Shown piece by piece: positions 19,283 to 29,019 of a DNA stretch of 64,000 nt; position 1 is the first letter of the stretch, and each line of letters begins with the position of its first letter. The DNA is from Candidatus Poribacteria bacterium (GTDB taxonomy: Bacteria > Poribacteria > WGA-4E > WGA-3G), in NCBI GenBank assembly GCA_963663765.2, contig CAXXUA010000005.1, positions 928,001 to 992,000 of the forward strand, written 5' to 3'. The notes below the pieces were generated by a model. That model saw nothing but the letters and a program-made list of their open reading frames with translations, made no database searches and was not told where the DNA came from. Both the position numbers and the translations under genes were made by a program.

Positions 19283-19484
19283 AAATCACGGATGACACAG
19301 ATGACACGGATAATACCACTACCAACGATTATCTTGCTTAGAAAACGCCTATCCTACGGAAGACAATCAAATGCAGAACTCTTATCCGCGCACTCCACGT
19401 AATCCGTGTAATCCGCGATTCCGAACACCCTCCGCACACTCCGCGTAATCCGCATAATCCGCATAATCCGCATAATCCGCGATT
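19283..19484. repeat. 9-nt periodic repeats arranged as an inverted pair (ACACGGATG... / AATCCGCAT...)
   Basis: CACGGATGACACAGATGACACGGAT faces AATCCGTGTAATCCGCGATTC and (AATCCGCAT)x3. Confidence 0.7.
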
Positions 19485-19519
19485 CTATACGGAAAAATAT
19501 ATACACACCCAAACATCAA

Positions 19520-19863
19520 GGGTGTGTAAAGTTTTTGTAAAAAGCTTGATATTAAAAGAAGTCCGTCCAGTTTCTATCAAATATTGCTTGACGTTAGGGA
19601 ACTGTGGACATCGTAGGGGCGAGGTTTCCTCGCCCGCATTAGCCTCTATTCGGGTGGGGAGACCCCGCCCCATAGGCGTCAATTTAAGAAAATATTGTTG
19701 TCATTTTTCTTGTGGGAGGGTTTTTCAACCTTGATTTGAGAGGAAAAGCGCATAAATTCGGGGTTGAAAACCCCTCCCACAAGAGGTCAAAATCCTTAAA
19801 TTGACGCTTATGGGGCGGGGAGACCCCGCCCCTACGGTACAGCAACCAAAACTTTACACACCC
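19520..19863. mobile_element. MITE with GGGTGTGTAAAGTTTT TIRs and 9-bp TSD (IS256-like ends), containing a nested MITE
   Basis: Perfect 16-bp TIRs; TSD AAACATCAA at 19511-19519 and 19864-19872. Confidence 0.8.
19671..19812. mobile_element. CATAGG-ended MITE (IS4-like ends) inserted in a REP hairpin
   Basis: TIRs CATAGGCGTCAATTTAAG / CTTAAATTGACGCTTATG; 19-bp duplication GGGYGGGGAGACCCCGCCC on both sides. Confidence 0.8.
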
Positions 19864-20054
19864 AAACATCAATCTTCGGTTGACCCAATGATAGAGTTTC
19901 GGTTATTATAATATATGTGTCAAATTTGGGATAGGCAGCAGCGTGAAAATGAATTACGGATTATCACAGTTTCGTAAAGTCAACACAGGTTAGTCATTTT
20001 GCGTTGAACCGTTCAGTCAAAATATATTTACGCAACTTACTTTATGAGGCAAAT

Positions 20055-21950
20055 ATGAAAAAACTAAACCTATATGTAATACTGATTTTTATCTGTTTTC
20101 ACCTTTTGTTAGCATATAGTTTTGCACAGGATTATACCCGTTTGCAACTACCAGAAGGAGCCATCGCACGTTTGGGAAAAGGAAAATTATTTGAGATAAA
20201 ATATTCACCCGATGGCAACCAAATTGCAGTTGCAACTGCAATCGGAATCTGGTTTTATGATACTGCTACCGGTGCCGAATTAGCACTCCTCACCGGACAC
20301 ACAGAGAGTATTGAATGCATTGCCATTAGTCCAGATGGAAAGACTTTGGCGTCAGGCAGCAACGACAACACCATCATGCTATGGGACATAGAGACACGCA
20401 CACGAAAAGCAACCCTTGTTAGACATTTAGATGATGTTCGGTCCCTTGCTTTCAGTCCAGATGGAAATACCCTCGCAAGTACCAGTGAAGATGCAACAAT
20501 TAATCTGTGGGACGTTCAGACTGCAAAACATAAAAGAACAATAACCGGACATGCCAATTGGGGTAGGGCAGTTGCTTTCAGTCCCGATGGAAGTATCCTC
20601 GCAAGTGCAAATCATGATGCTACCATCCGACTTTGGGACGCAAACACAGGAACACATCTAAGAACGTTCTCAGGACATGAACGAGCTGTAACCTCTATCG
20701 CCTTTAGTCCGGATGGAAAAACGATCTGCAGTGGGTGCGACGACGGCTCTGTCGGCTTGTGGGAAACAAGTACTGGCAAGAATATACAAATCATGATGAA
20801 GCATACATGGTACGTCGTTTCGGTCTCGTGTTCACCGGATGGAAAGACATTCGCAAGTGGTAGTTGGGACAATGAGATTTATATGTGGAACACCGAAACA
20901 GGTGAACATGTGAAGACACTATCTGGACATACAAATCATGTCGTATCGGTCGCATATTCACCGAAAGGTGACACGCTCGCAAGTGCAAGTTACGACGGTA
21001 CAGTTCGCTTGTGGCATCCTCGCACCGGCAATGAAAAAAATATATTTGTTGGACATACTCGTGATGTGAAAACTGTCGCATTTTCTCCTGATGGAAACAC
21101 ATTGGCAAGTGGAAATTCTGCAACCACCATACATCTATGGGACTCAACCACAGGTGCATATAAAAACACGCTTATCGGACACTCACAGACAGTTGGTGCA
21201 ATCGCATTTTCTCCCGATGGATCAACACTCGCAAGCGGTAGTTGGGATAATACGATTCGTCTATGGGATCCTCAAACCGGACGAGAAAAACAGGTAATCG
21301 CTGAACATTGGAATAATGTCGCATCAGTAGCTTTTTCCCCTGATGGCACCATGCTCGCGAGTGGAAGTTATGACCAGACAGTCCGTTTATGGAACGCACA
21401 CACAGGTGAACCCTTGCAGACACTCAATGGACATATTGCTAATGTTAGGGCTGTCGCATTTTCACCTGATGGCAAGACACTCGCAAGTGGCGATGGAGCT
21501 AACAAAATCCTCTTTTGGGATCCAAAAACAGGACAAACGCAGTTGATGTCGTCTGTTCAACGCATACTCAATAGACCTGTGATGCATTCTGGGGATATTA
21601 CGGGACTCGCCTACAGTCCTGATGGATCAACACTTGCAAGTGCAAGCGATGACCAAACAATCGGTTTATGGAACGCACAAACAATGAAAAATAAACAGAT
21701 GTTACGTGGACACACAAGGTATGTCTTATCTGTGGCTTATGCGCCGCAAGGAGATATGATCGCAAGCTGCAGTTGGGACAAGATTATACGTTGTTGGGAC
21801 CCAAAAACTGGAAAGCACAAAACCGGGTTCATTGGACACACTGGCTATGTCTTGTCGGTTGCGTTCTCACCTGATGGAAAACTCCTCGCAAGTGGAAGTT
21901 CTGATGGAACGGTGCTATTATGGGATATGTCAAAATTAAAAACCAAATAG
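20055..21950 (+). CDS. Secreted WD40-repeat protein
   Basis: Signal peptide, LPEGAIARLGKG leader, many GH...FSPDG..LASGS.D..LWD repeats. Confidence 0.93.
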   Translation: MKKLNLYVILIFICFHLLLAYSFAQDYTRLQLPEGAIARLGKGKLFEIKYSPDGNQIAVATAIGIWFYDTATGAELALLTGHTESIECIAISPDGKTLASGSNDNTIMLWDIETRTRKATLVRHLDDVRSLAFSPDGNTLASTSEDATINLWDVQTAKHKRTITGHANWGRAVAFSPDGSILASANHDATIRLWDANTGTHLRTFSGHERAVTSIAFSPDGKTICSGCDDGSVGLWETSTGKNIQIMMKHTWYVVSVSCSPDGKTFASGSWDNEIYMWNTETGEHVKTLSGHTNHVVSVAYSPKGDTLASASYDGTVRLWHPRTGNEKNIFVGHTRDVKTVAFSPDGNTLASGNSATTIHLWDSTTGAYKNTLIGHSQTVGAIAFSPDGSTLASGSWDNTIRLWDPQTGREKQVIAEHWNNVASVAFSPDGTMLASGSYDQTVRLWNAHTGEPLQTLNGHIANVRAVAFSPDGKTLASGDGANKILFWDPKTGQTQLMSSVQRILNRPVMHSGDITGLAYSPDGSTLASASDDQTIGLWNAQTMKNKQMLRGHTRYVLSVAYAPQGDMIASCSWDKIIRCWDPKTGKHKTGFIGHTGYVLSVAFSPDGKLLASGSSDGTVLLWDMSKLKTK

Positions 21951-21966
21951 ACTAAAGAGTGTGATT

Positions 21967-23871
21967 ATGAAAAACCTAAAATGCATTACGCTGCTAATAA
22001 TCGTTGTTTGTCTAATATCGGGAACATTCTGTTATTCCCAAGAATATACAAAATGGCATTTACCTGAAGGGGCAAAACAACGTTTTGGAAAAGGAATTAT
22101 AAGAGAAGTCGCATTTTTCCCTGATGGGAAAAAACTTGCTATCAGTAGTTCAATCGGTATCTGGATTTATGATGTAAATACAGGTGAAGAACTTGATCTG
22201 CTTACAGATAGTTGGCACGATACCGATTCAATTGTGATTAGTCCGAAAGGTGATATACTCGCAACTGCAATTGGAAACAAAGTCCAACTGTGGAATACAA
22301 CCGAAAAGAACCTAATTGATACATTCATAGGACACAGATCTGATATTTATTCATTGGCAATGAGTTCAGATGGGAAAACACTCGTAAGTGGAAGTGCTGA
22401 TACGACTATTCGAATATGGGATACAACGACAGGAAAAGCAGGTTCCGCACCTATAGTAAACACCGAAGCCGTCCGTTCATTGGCATTTTCACCAGCAGGG
22501 AACACACTCGTAAGTATATCAGAAACGGATGAAAGCACAATACAATTATGGAACTTAGACAGCGGAGAGAATGTGTTAAATATCTTTCCAAGGATAGGCA
22601 GAATCTATTCAATTGCGTATTCTCCAGAGGGTTCCATAATAGCCACTGGAAGTTGGAACGGTAGAATCCATTTATGGAATCCGAGTACTGGCGAACTCCT
22701 AAACACCTTATCAGAACATGCAAGCCGTGCAACGACATTAGATTTCTCACAGGATGGCAAATACTTAGTCAGTAGCGGATTAGACTTTAGAATAAATGTG
22801 TGGAATTTAGAAACCAATATGTTGGTGAATACATTCAGAGACGTTTCAATTTTCTTCAATAATGTTGCCATTTCACCTGATGGCAAACTGATAGCCGGTA
22901 CAAGTAGTTTAAATGGGGTAATTCGCTTGTGGGACATGCAGACCGGGAACATCGTTAAAACCATCACTGGACATACAAAGTACATCAGATCCGTCGCGTT
23001 TTCACCAGATGGAGCATCTGTCGCTTATCCCAATAGAGTTGATAACGTCATCATTCTCCGGGATGTCCAAACTGGAGAAATACAAAAAACACTAACGGAA
23101 GGGACAGGTACACCCTATTCGGTTATGTTTGCACCTAATGGTGAAATACTTGCATCGGGTAATTGGTATGGACAAATCGTTTTATGGAATGTGCAAACAG
23201 GAGAACCAATAAAGAGACTCATTGGACATACAAGGAATGTACCTACCCTTGCATTTACGCCTGATGGATCAACACTGATAAGTGGCAGTTGGGACTATAC
23301 AATCCGATCTTGGGATGTTCAAACCGGTGTTGTCAAAAAAGCAATCCCTGTATATCAGTCAAATATTGATACGGCCAACTACAAGGTACAATCCATAGCC
23401 ATCAGCCCAGATGGTAATACATTCGCCTACGCCTCTGAGGCACAAAATATACGGTTATGGGATATACTCATGAAAGAACCAAAAGAAGAGCTAATAGGAC
23501 ATAACGGAGCTGGCGCAAGCGTTGCGTTTTCTCCAAATGGAACTATCCTTGCAAGTGGTAGTTTTGACGATACTGTAATAATTTGGGAAGCAGAAACTGC
23601 GAATCTGTTAAATACCTATAGAGAACCAACTTCATATAACGTTTATAGTGTTGCGTTTAGTCCAGACGGCGACACAGTTGCAGGTGGTAGTAATAAGGTT
23701 ATACGAATGTGGGATACCATGACAGGAAAAAACATGCTATCACTAACAGGACACACAGATTGGGTGCGTTCTGTTACATTCAGTCCTGATGGTCGTACCC
23801 TTGCCAGTGCATCTTCAGACGGCACAGTGATTCTTTGGGATGTGTCTAATAACCTACACACAAAAAACTGA
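21967..23871 (+). CDS. Secreted WD40-repeat protein
   Basis: Signal peptide, LPEGAKQRFGKG leader, WD40 repeats. Confidence 0.93.
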   Translation: MKNLKCITLLIIVVCLISGTFCYSQEYTKWHLPEGAKQRFGKGIIREVAFFPDGKKLAISSSIGIWIYDVNTGEELDLLTDSWHDTDSIVISPKGDILATAIGNKVQLWNTTEKNLIDTFIGHRSDIYSLAMSSDGKTLVSGSADTTIRIWDTTTGKAGSAPIVNTEAVRSLAFSPAGNTLVSISETDESTIQLWNLDSGENVLNIFPRIGRIYSIAYSPEGSIIATGSWNGRIHLWNPSTGELLNTLSEHASRATTLDFSQDGKYLVSSGLDFRINVWNLETNMLVNTFRDVSIFFNNVAISPDGKLIAGTSSLNGVIRLWDMQTGNIVKTITGHTKYIRSVAFSPDGASVAYPNRVDNVIILRDVQTGEIQKTLTEGTGTPYSVMFAPNGEILASGNWYGQIVLWNVQTGEPIKRLIGHTRNVPTLAFTPDGSTLISGSWDYTIRSWDVQTGVVKKAIPVYQSNIDTANYKVQSIAISPDGNTFAYASEAQNIRLWDILMKEPKEELIGHNGAGASVAFSPNGTILASGSFDDTVIIWEAETANLLNTYREPTSYNVYSVAFSPDGDTVAGGSNKVIRMWDTMTGKNMLSLTGHTDWVRSVTFSPDGRTLASASSDGTVILWDVSNNLHTKN

Positions 23872-23939
23872 TAAAAACTGTGTGGATAGTACAATCTTCC
23901 AAAAAATAGTAACTTCAACATAAAAAGGTATATTATATC

Positions 23940-26900
23940 ATGAAATACAAACACTGGTTTTTCGTAATGATGACACTTCTGACTTTTCTACTTCCTGCTT
24001 TCGCACAAGAACCTGAAACACAAAATTATACAGTTAAACCCATCTATTTTCTTCCAAAAGACCGTGAACCACAAGCAGACATAGATGCAAAAATGGACAA
24101 AATGATAAAACGCGTCCAAAAGTTTTACGCTGACGAGATGGAACGACATGGATTTGGAAGAAAAACTTTTCAGTTTGAAACAGATGAAAACGGAAACGCT
24201 GTTGTTCACCATGTAATTGGGAAACATAACAATGAACATTATCTGGATAAAACAGGAAGGTCATGGAGAGAAATCCATAAACAGGTCAAACGATCAAAAT
24301 CTGTTCTGTTCAATGCCATCGATGTTAGCAACAAAAGAATAAAAAAAGGTATTTGTGGATTGGGTGGCGGCGGACAAAATTCTGGCCAATTCATACTTCC
24401 TGCCTCTGGTGGTTGTTTTAACTTCGTAACCATAGCCCATGAACTTGGACACGCTTTCGGTTTACCCCATGATTGGCGAAACGGTGCTTTTATCATGTCC
24501 TATGGGCCTGGTCCACAAAACAAGATTTCACTCGCTGCTGCACAATGGTTAGATATTCACCCATTTTTTAACACTGACAGACCCGACGCAATGAAGACTA
24601 TCTCTAAAACCCGACCAAAAATAAAAAGGTTACCAGTGATAGCGTACCCACAAGGACTGTTTCACGTTTTTTTTGAGGTGACCGATACCGATGGACTCCA
24701 TCACGCACAGTTCAAATCCATGACACCTGGACGTAGTGGTTTGTCAATGCAAAAAAGTCAGACATTAAATGGGGAAAATGAGATTGTTGAGTATATTTCA
24801 ACAGGAAAGGGGACAAGGTTGAGCATTCTTGATATACATGGAAATATCACATCAAAATGGATTTCGTTCAAAAACCTGAAACCAAATTTGACAATAAGTG
24901 TTACTCCAAGCACTGTTGATGCACAAGAAGGCTTAATCGGTCACTGGAATTTTGATGAGGCTAATGGTGGAATCGCATACAACAATTGCGGAAAAGATAC
25001 TTACGCAGTACTTGAAGACGGGGCAAATTTGCAACTTAATAGTGGAAAAATTGGAGGCGCATTAGAACTTGACGGTACACAACGTGTTAATATACCTAAT
25101 GGGGGAAACCTAATAAACGGCCTTAAGGCATTTACCATCGCATTTTGGGTGAAACCTGAGCAAATTGGTAATGACAAAGGTTTTATTAATCCTAAAAACC
25201 CTAATAACAAAGATGAAGTCTTTACCATACGCTATGATGCAAAAGGTTATAAAGGTGGTGGGAAGAATGTCGTCAAAGCAAGCATTTCCACAACACAAGG
25301 CACTCAAGCTTATGAGAGTGCAAGCGATGCACAAACTACTGCGTGGCAACACATCACATTGACTTGGAAAAGTGGTCAAGAATTATCTCTTTACTTGAAC
25401 GGTATACTTGATAAACCAACATTTAACTCGCCAGCAGCCGAAGGTGAAATTATTGGTGTCGAAAAGTTGGTAATTGGTAGAGGCAGCAAAGACAGAAGAA
25501 ATGCAATGCGGGGATATATAGACGATGTCCGACTATATAACCGCGTGCTAAACATAAAAGAAATTGCTGATTTATCACTAACGACTACTAACACAAACAA
25601 AGTTTATGGGGTGGCATTAACAGCTGTAGCGAATTTAACACCAAAAATCGTAGACCCCACCGAAGATGTCAACTATACCCTAACAATCACAAATACGGGG
25701 GATTTGGAGGATACAATAAAACTAACAACAAACAGCAGTACTCATGCAAAATTAAGTGAATCTTCTGTATCACTCGGGGCAGGTAGATCAGCAGAAGTAA
25801 CTATGACAGTAACAAGAGATTCGCTTATCACTGCAGGAGAGCATGATATTGAAATAACAGCGACTTCTGCAGGTGATAACACGAAAACTGCTAATCTAAA
25901 AACAAAAACAACGATTACACCTATTCATGGCGTTGAATTAACTGCTGTCGGAAAACTTACCGCTGAAACGAACAATGCAGATAAGGGGACAGAATATACG
26001 CTCTTAGTTACCAACACAGGTAATACCGAAGATACAATAAAAATAACGACTGTAGGAGACGCGAATACAAAACTAAGTCAGGATTCGGTATTACTTGAAC
26101 CAGGGGCTTCTTCAAGAGTGAAATTAATGGTGACGGGTACAGGGCATGCCCAAGGGGCAGATTATATTGTAAGAGTCACTGCTACTTCAGAAAGGGATAG
26201 CACCAAATCGTCTCATATCGCTACACTTACGACAATTTATCAAGGTCGTAATAAACGAAAAAATATACAAGACGATCTAATTGCTCATTGGACATTTGAT
26301 GAAACAACTGGTAAAACCGTACCAGACACAAGTGGTAAAGGCAACAAGGCAAGTCTTACAGGGAATGCGGTATTACAACCCAATAGTGGGAAAATAAAAG
26401 GCGCATTGCAACCTAATGGGACTGATGCTGCGAATGTAACTCACGGTGCTGAATTAATAAATGGACTTGAGGCGTTTACTATCGCTTTATGGATAAAATC
26501 AAATAAAACCGGTACCGATGAAGGTTTTATATATTCAAAAGAACCTAATGATAAAGATGAAACGTTTGCTATTCGCTATGATTCTGAGGGAGCAGCAGGT
26601 GGCGGTAATAATGTCATCAAAGCTGCCGTTACCACAACAGAAGGCATTCAAATATATGAGAGTGCAAGCAATGTACAAACGACTGAGTGGCAACACATTG
26701 CATTGACATGGCGCACTGGTAGACAACTAATTCTCTACATCAACGGCGTCCTTGATACATCAACATTTAGTAGTAAAGCCAAATTTGGAAAAATAATCGG
26801 GGCTGAAAAATTACTTATTGGGAAGGGCGCGAAAGACCTTAACGGTTCGTTTAGCGGACTCATAGACGATGTCCGACTCTACGACAGAATTCTCAACGGA

Positions 26901-26951
26901 AATGAAATTGCAAAACTACTGAAAGTTTCTGCAGATGCAAGCAACAATTAA
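23940..26951 (+). CDS. Secreted metzincin metallopeptidase with two LamG domains and two Ig-like repeats
   Basis: HELGHAFGLPH plus IMSY Met-turn; two HW.FDE...IDDVRLY LamG units; two TNTG..EDTIK Ig-like units. Confidence 0.85.
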   Translation: MKYKHWFFVMMTLLTFLLPAFAQEPETQNYTVKPIYFLPKDREPQADIDAKMDKMIKRVQKFYADEMERHGFGRKTFQFETDENGNAVVHHVIGKHNNEHYLDKTGRSWREIHKQVKRSKSVLFNAIDVSNKRIKKGICGLGGGGQNSGQFILPASGGCFNFVTIAHELGHAFGLPHDWRNGAFIMSYGPGPQNKISLAAAQWLDIHPFFNTDRPDAMKTISKTRPKIKRLPVIAYPQGLFHVFFEVTDTDGLHHAQFKSMTPGRSGLSMQKSQTLNGENEIVEYISTGKGTRLSILDIHGNITSKWISFKNLKPNLTISVTPSTVDAQEGLIGHWNFDEANGGIAYNNCGKDTYAVLEDGANLQLNSGKIGGALELDGTQRVNIPNGGNLINGLKAFTIAFWVKPEQIGNDKGFINPKNPNNKDEVFTIRYDAKGYKGGGKNVVKASISTTQGTQAYESASDAQTTAWQHITLTWKSGQELSLYLNGILDKPTFNSPAAEGEIIGVEKLVIGRGSKDRRNAMRGYIDDVRLYNRVLNIKEIADLSLTTTNTNKVYGVALTAVANLTPKIVDPTEDVNYTLTITNTGDLEDTIKLTTNSSTHAKLSESSVSLGAGRSAEVTMTVTRDSLITAGEHDIEITATSAGDNTKTANLKTKTTITPIHGVELTAVGKLTAETNNADKGTEYTLLVTNTGNTEDTIKITTVGDANTKLSQDSVLLEPGASSRVKLMVTGTGHAQGADYIVRVTATSERDSTKSSHIATLTTIYQGRNKRKNIQDDLIAHWTFDETTGKTVPDTSGKGNKASLTGNAVLQPNSGKIKGALQPNGTDAANVTHGAELINGLEAFTIALWIKSNKTGTDEGFIYSKEPNDKDETFAIRYDSEGAAGGGNNVIKAAVTTTEGIQIYESASNVQTTEWQHIALTWRTGRQLILYINGVLDTSTFSSKAKFGKIIGAEKLLIGKGAKDLNGSFSGLIDDVRLYDRILNGNEIAKLLKVSADASNN

Positions 26952-26960
26952 ACAGTGTGC

Positions 26961-27011
26961 AATATTAACCTTCTCAGTAATTATTACCATTTGATTGAGG
27001 GGGTTGATATT
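26961..27011. terminator. Probable bidirectional hairpin terminator
   Basis: AATATTAACCTTCTCAGT ... ATTGAGGGGGTTGATATT between convergent genes. Confidence 0.5.
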
Positions 27012-27029
27012 GTGTGTTGTTAAGACCCG

Positions 27030-28436
27030 TTAAAATGGTGTGTCACGTGTTGATAACGCACACCACCTTGTAGAAAACAGGTGACTGAATAGTACCTCTC
27101 TCGCCTCTGGTGTATCAATTTGTTTCAATGCTAATGCAGCGTTGAAACGAACATATCGGTTCTCATCTTCCAATTGTGCCATCAGGTCTGGCAGTGCTGG
27201 TTCAGAAAGCGGTCCTAAAATAGCCAATGTCCGAGCCGCATTATACCGAACCCAATAATACTCATCACGTAGACCTTCCGTTATCACACTTACCGCCTGC
27301 GATAAATCAGTACCCTCTTCCATCTGCTGCCCGATTATCCCCAGACCTTCAATCGCATGCCTACGCACCCAAGGAGATTCGTCCTTCGCAGCACGCGTTA
27401 ACGCTGGCACTGCTTCCTGTGCCACTTTACCCATATCTGCTAACGCGTATGCTGCAGTTGTGCGAACAGATTCATCTGATTCCTGTAAACCGTCTATGAG
27501 GACTGAAACTGCGGAGGAACCGACAAGGCTTAACGCATATCCCGCATAGTTCTGAATTGATGCATTACTACTATATAGTGCTTTCTGCAAAACTGGAACA
27601 GCATCTACACCAACTCTCCCTAAACGATACGCAGCATTTAACCGCATCTTTTCATTATCATGCTGCAAAGTATCAAGCAAATTAACTAATTCGTCATATG
27701 GAACACCGTTGGCACAACCGTTCTCATTTCCGTAATACCAATCCCACTGTGATTCCCACAGTTCTGGATGCTCAGGTTCCACACCGTCTGCCACAGTTTG
27801 CCAGTCAACGTTGTCGCTTTGCCAAGTAGGTGTTCTCGGCTCATCAAGTCGTGAGAATAGAAACTTCAACATATACCGTTTTTTATCACTTTCATTTGCC
27901 ATAGCACGATGCCACAAATCGTAGTGAACGATAGTTACAGTACCTGCTTCTCCGCACAGAGAAAGTTCTGGATGTTCATGCGCACTTTCACCGCTATCGT
28001 AATATTGTGAACCGGGCAGCACAGCGGTAGGTCCCATGTCTTCCGTCACATCCTGCGGGTAATAGAACCCCATCGACCAACGGCATCGGTGACGACGTAC
28101 CTGCTCATCGCCTTCATAAGAATCCTTATGATGACCTTGTCCACCACCACCTATCGGATTGTAATGGCAGAAACGGTGTGGATGCATGATATAGTTTGTT
28201 CCAAGTACACCCCGCATCGCACCGTCAACTACTGGGTGGTCAAACACCTGCTGAATTTCAGGGATTAAGGGAAGAACATTATTCCCCAAGTTGCCAGTGT
28301 GTTCAAACATAACGTCTAAATGTTGGTAAATCTGCTCATGAAAACTTGGTGGAAAATCCGTTTTCACCTTGATGAATCCGTTGATGATAAAGTCCCGCAT
28401 CTGTTCATCGGTGAGTGGAATTGACTGATTTTGCAT
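27030..28436 (-). CDS. PhyH dioxygenase fused to HEAT repeats
   Basis: HHKDSY, GPTAVLPGSQ, LWHRA, then PBS-lyase-like HEAT repeats (VR..AA.AL). Confidence 0.88.
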   Translation of the reverse strand: MQNQSIPLTDEQMRDFIINGFIKVKTDFPPSFHEQIYQHLDVMFEHTGNLGNNVLPLIPEIQQVFDHPVVDGAMRGVLGTNYIMHPHRFCHYNPIGGGGQGHHKDSYEGDEQVRRHRCRWSMGFYYPQDVTEDMGPTAVLPGSQYYDSGESAHEHPELSLCGEAGTVTIVHYDLWHRAMANESDKKRYMLKFLFSRLDEPRTPTWQSDNVDWQTVADGVEPEHPELWESQWDWYYGNENGCANGVPYDELVNLLDTLQHDNEKMRLNAAYRLGRVGVDAVPVLQKALYSSNASIQNYAGYALSLVGSSAVSVLIDGLQESDESVRTTAAYALADMGKVAQEAVPALTRAAKDESPWVRRHAIEGLGIIGQQMEEGTDLSQAVSVITEGLRDEYYWVRYNAARTLAILGPLSEPALPDLMAQLEDENRYVRFNAALALKQIDTPEAREVLFSHLFSTRWCALSTRDTPF

Positions 28437-28464
28437 CTGATACCCCTCCTTATTTCATTTCTTT

Positions 28465-28493
28465 AGTCTAACAAAATCATTTGTGAATGTCAA
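28465..28493 (-). promoter_or_regulatory. Sigma70-type promoter
   Basis: TTGACA-17bp-TAGACT upstream of the PhyH-HEAT gene. Confidence 0.6.
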
Positions 28494-28510
28494 TTCATAT
28501 TAATCCAAAT

Positions 28511-28940
28511 CAAGGTTATTCAGTTTTAAGAGTTTTCTGTTCTTGAGATTTACTGAAAGTTAATACCCAGGTTCGGTTTTCTAACCGAATTTTACGCATC
28601 AATTTTAATTTATTGAAAACTGAATATCGCTCTTTAGTCCCGACAAATGCCATACGGGGAATGCCTTAATGGCATTCATACCGTTGATTTGGCGCATTTG
28701 GCGTTGATTTGGTAGGGACGATATGTTTATAGATAACGAATACCCTCCCCATGTCTTTAGTCCCGTAGGGACGATATGTGTATTCTTCTATGTCGTTCCT
28801 ACGGAACTCTATTGGGGTTGAAAACATTTTCTATAAACATATCGTTCCTACGGAACTAAAGACATGGACAAGAGGGGTATTACAACATATTAACGGTATA
28901 ACAAAATACTATCAAAAATATTGAAAACTGAATAACCCTG
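28511..28940. mobile_element. 430-bp MITE with 9-bp TSD carrying TCCCGTAGGGA REP units
   Basis: TIRs CAAGGTTATTCAGTTTT / AAAACTGAATAACCCTG (16/17); TSD AATCCAAAT at 28502-28510 and 28941-28949; a solo end at ~46309-46329. Confidence 0.8.
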
Positions 28941-29019
28941 AATCCAAATATTTCCACTTGTTTACAGATCGTGTTAATGCTAAAATAATCGCTTAAATGC
29001 ATCTAATAGGAGAACTTAT

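Noticed and set aside
19485-19872. Short ORFs of 62-70 aa
   Set aside because: They lie wholly within nested MITE/REP sequence.
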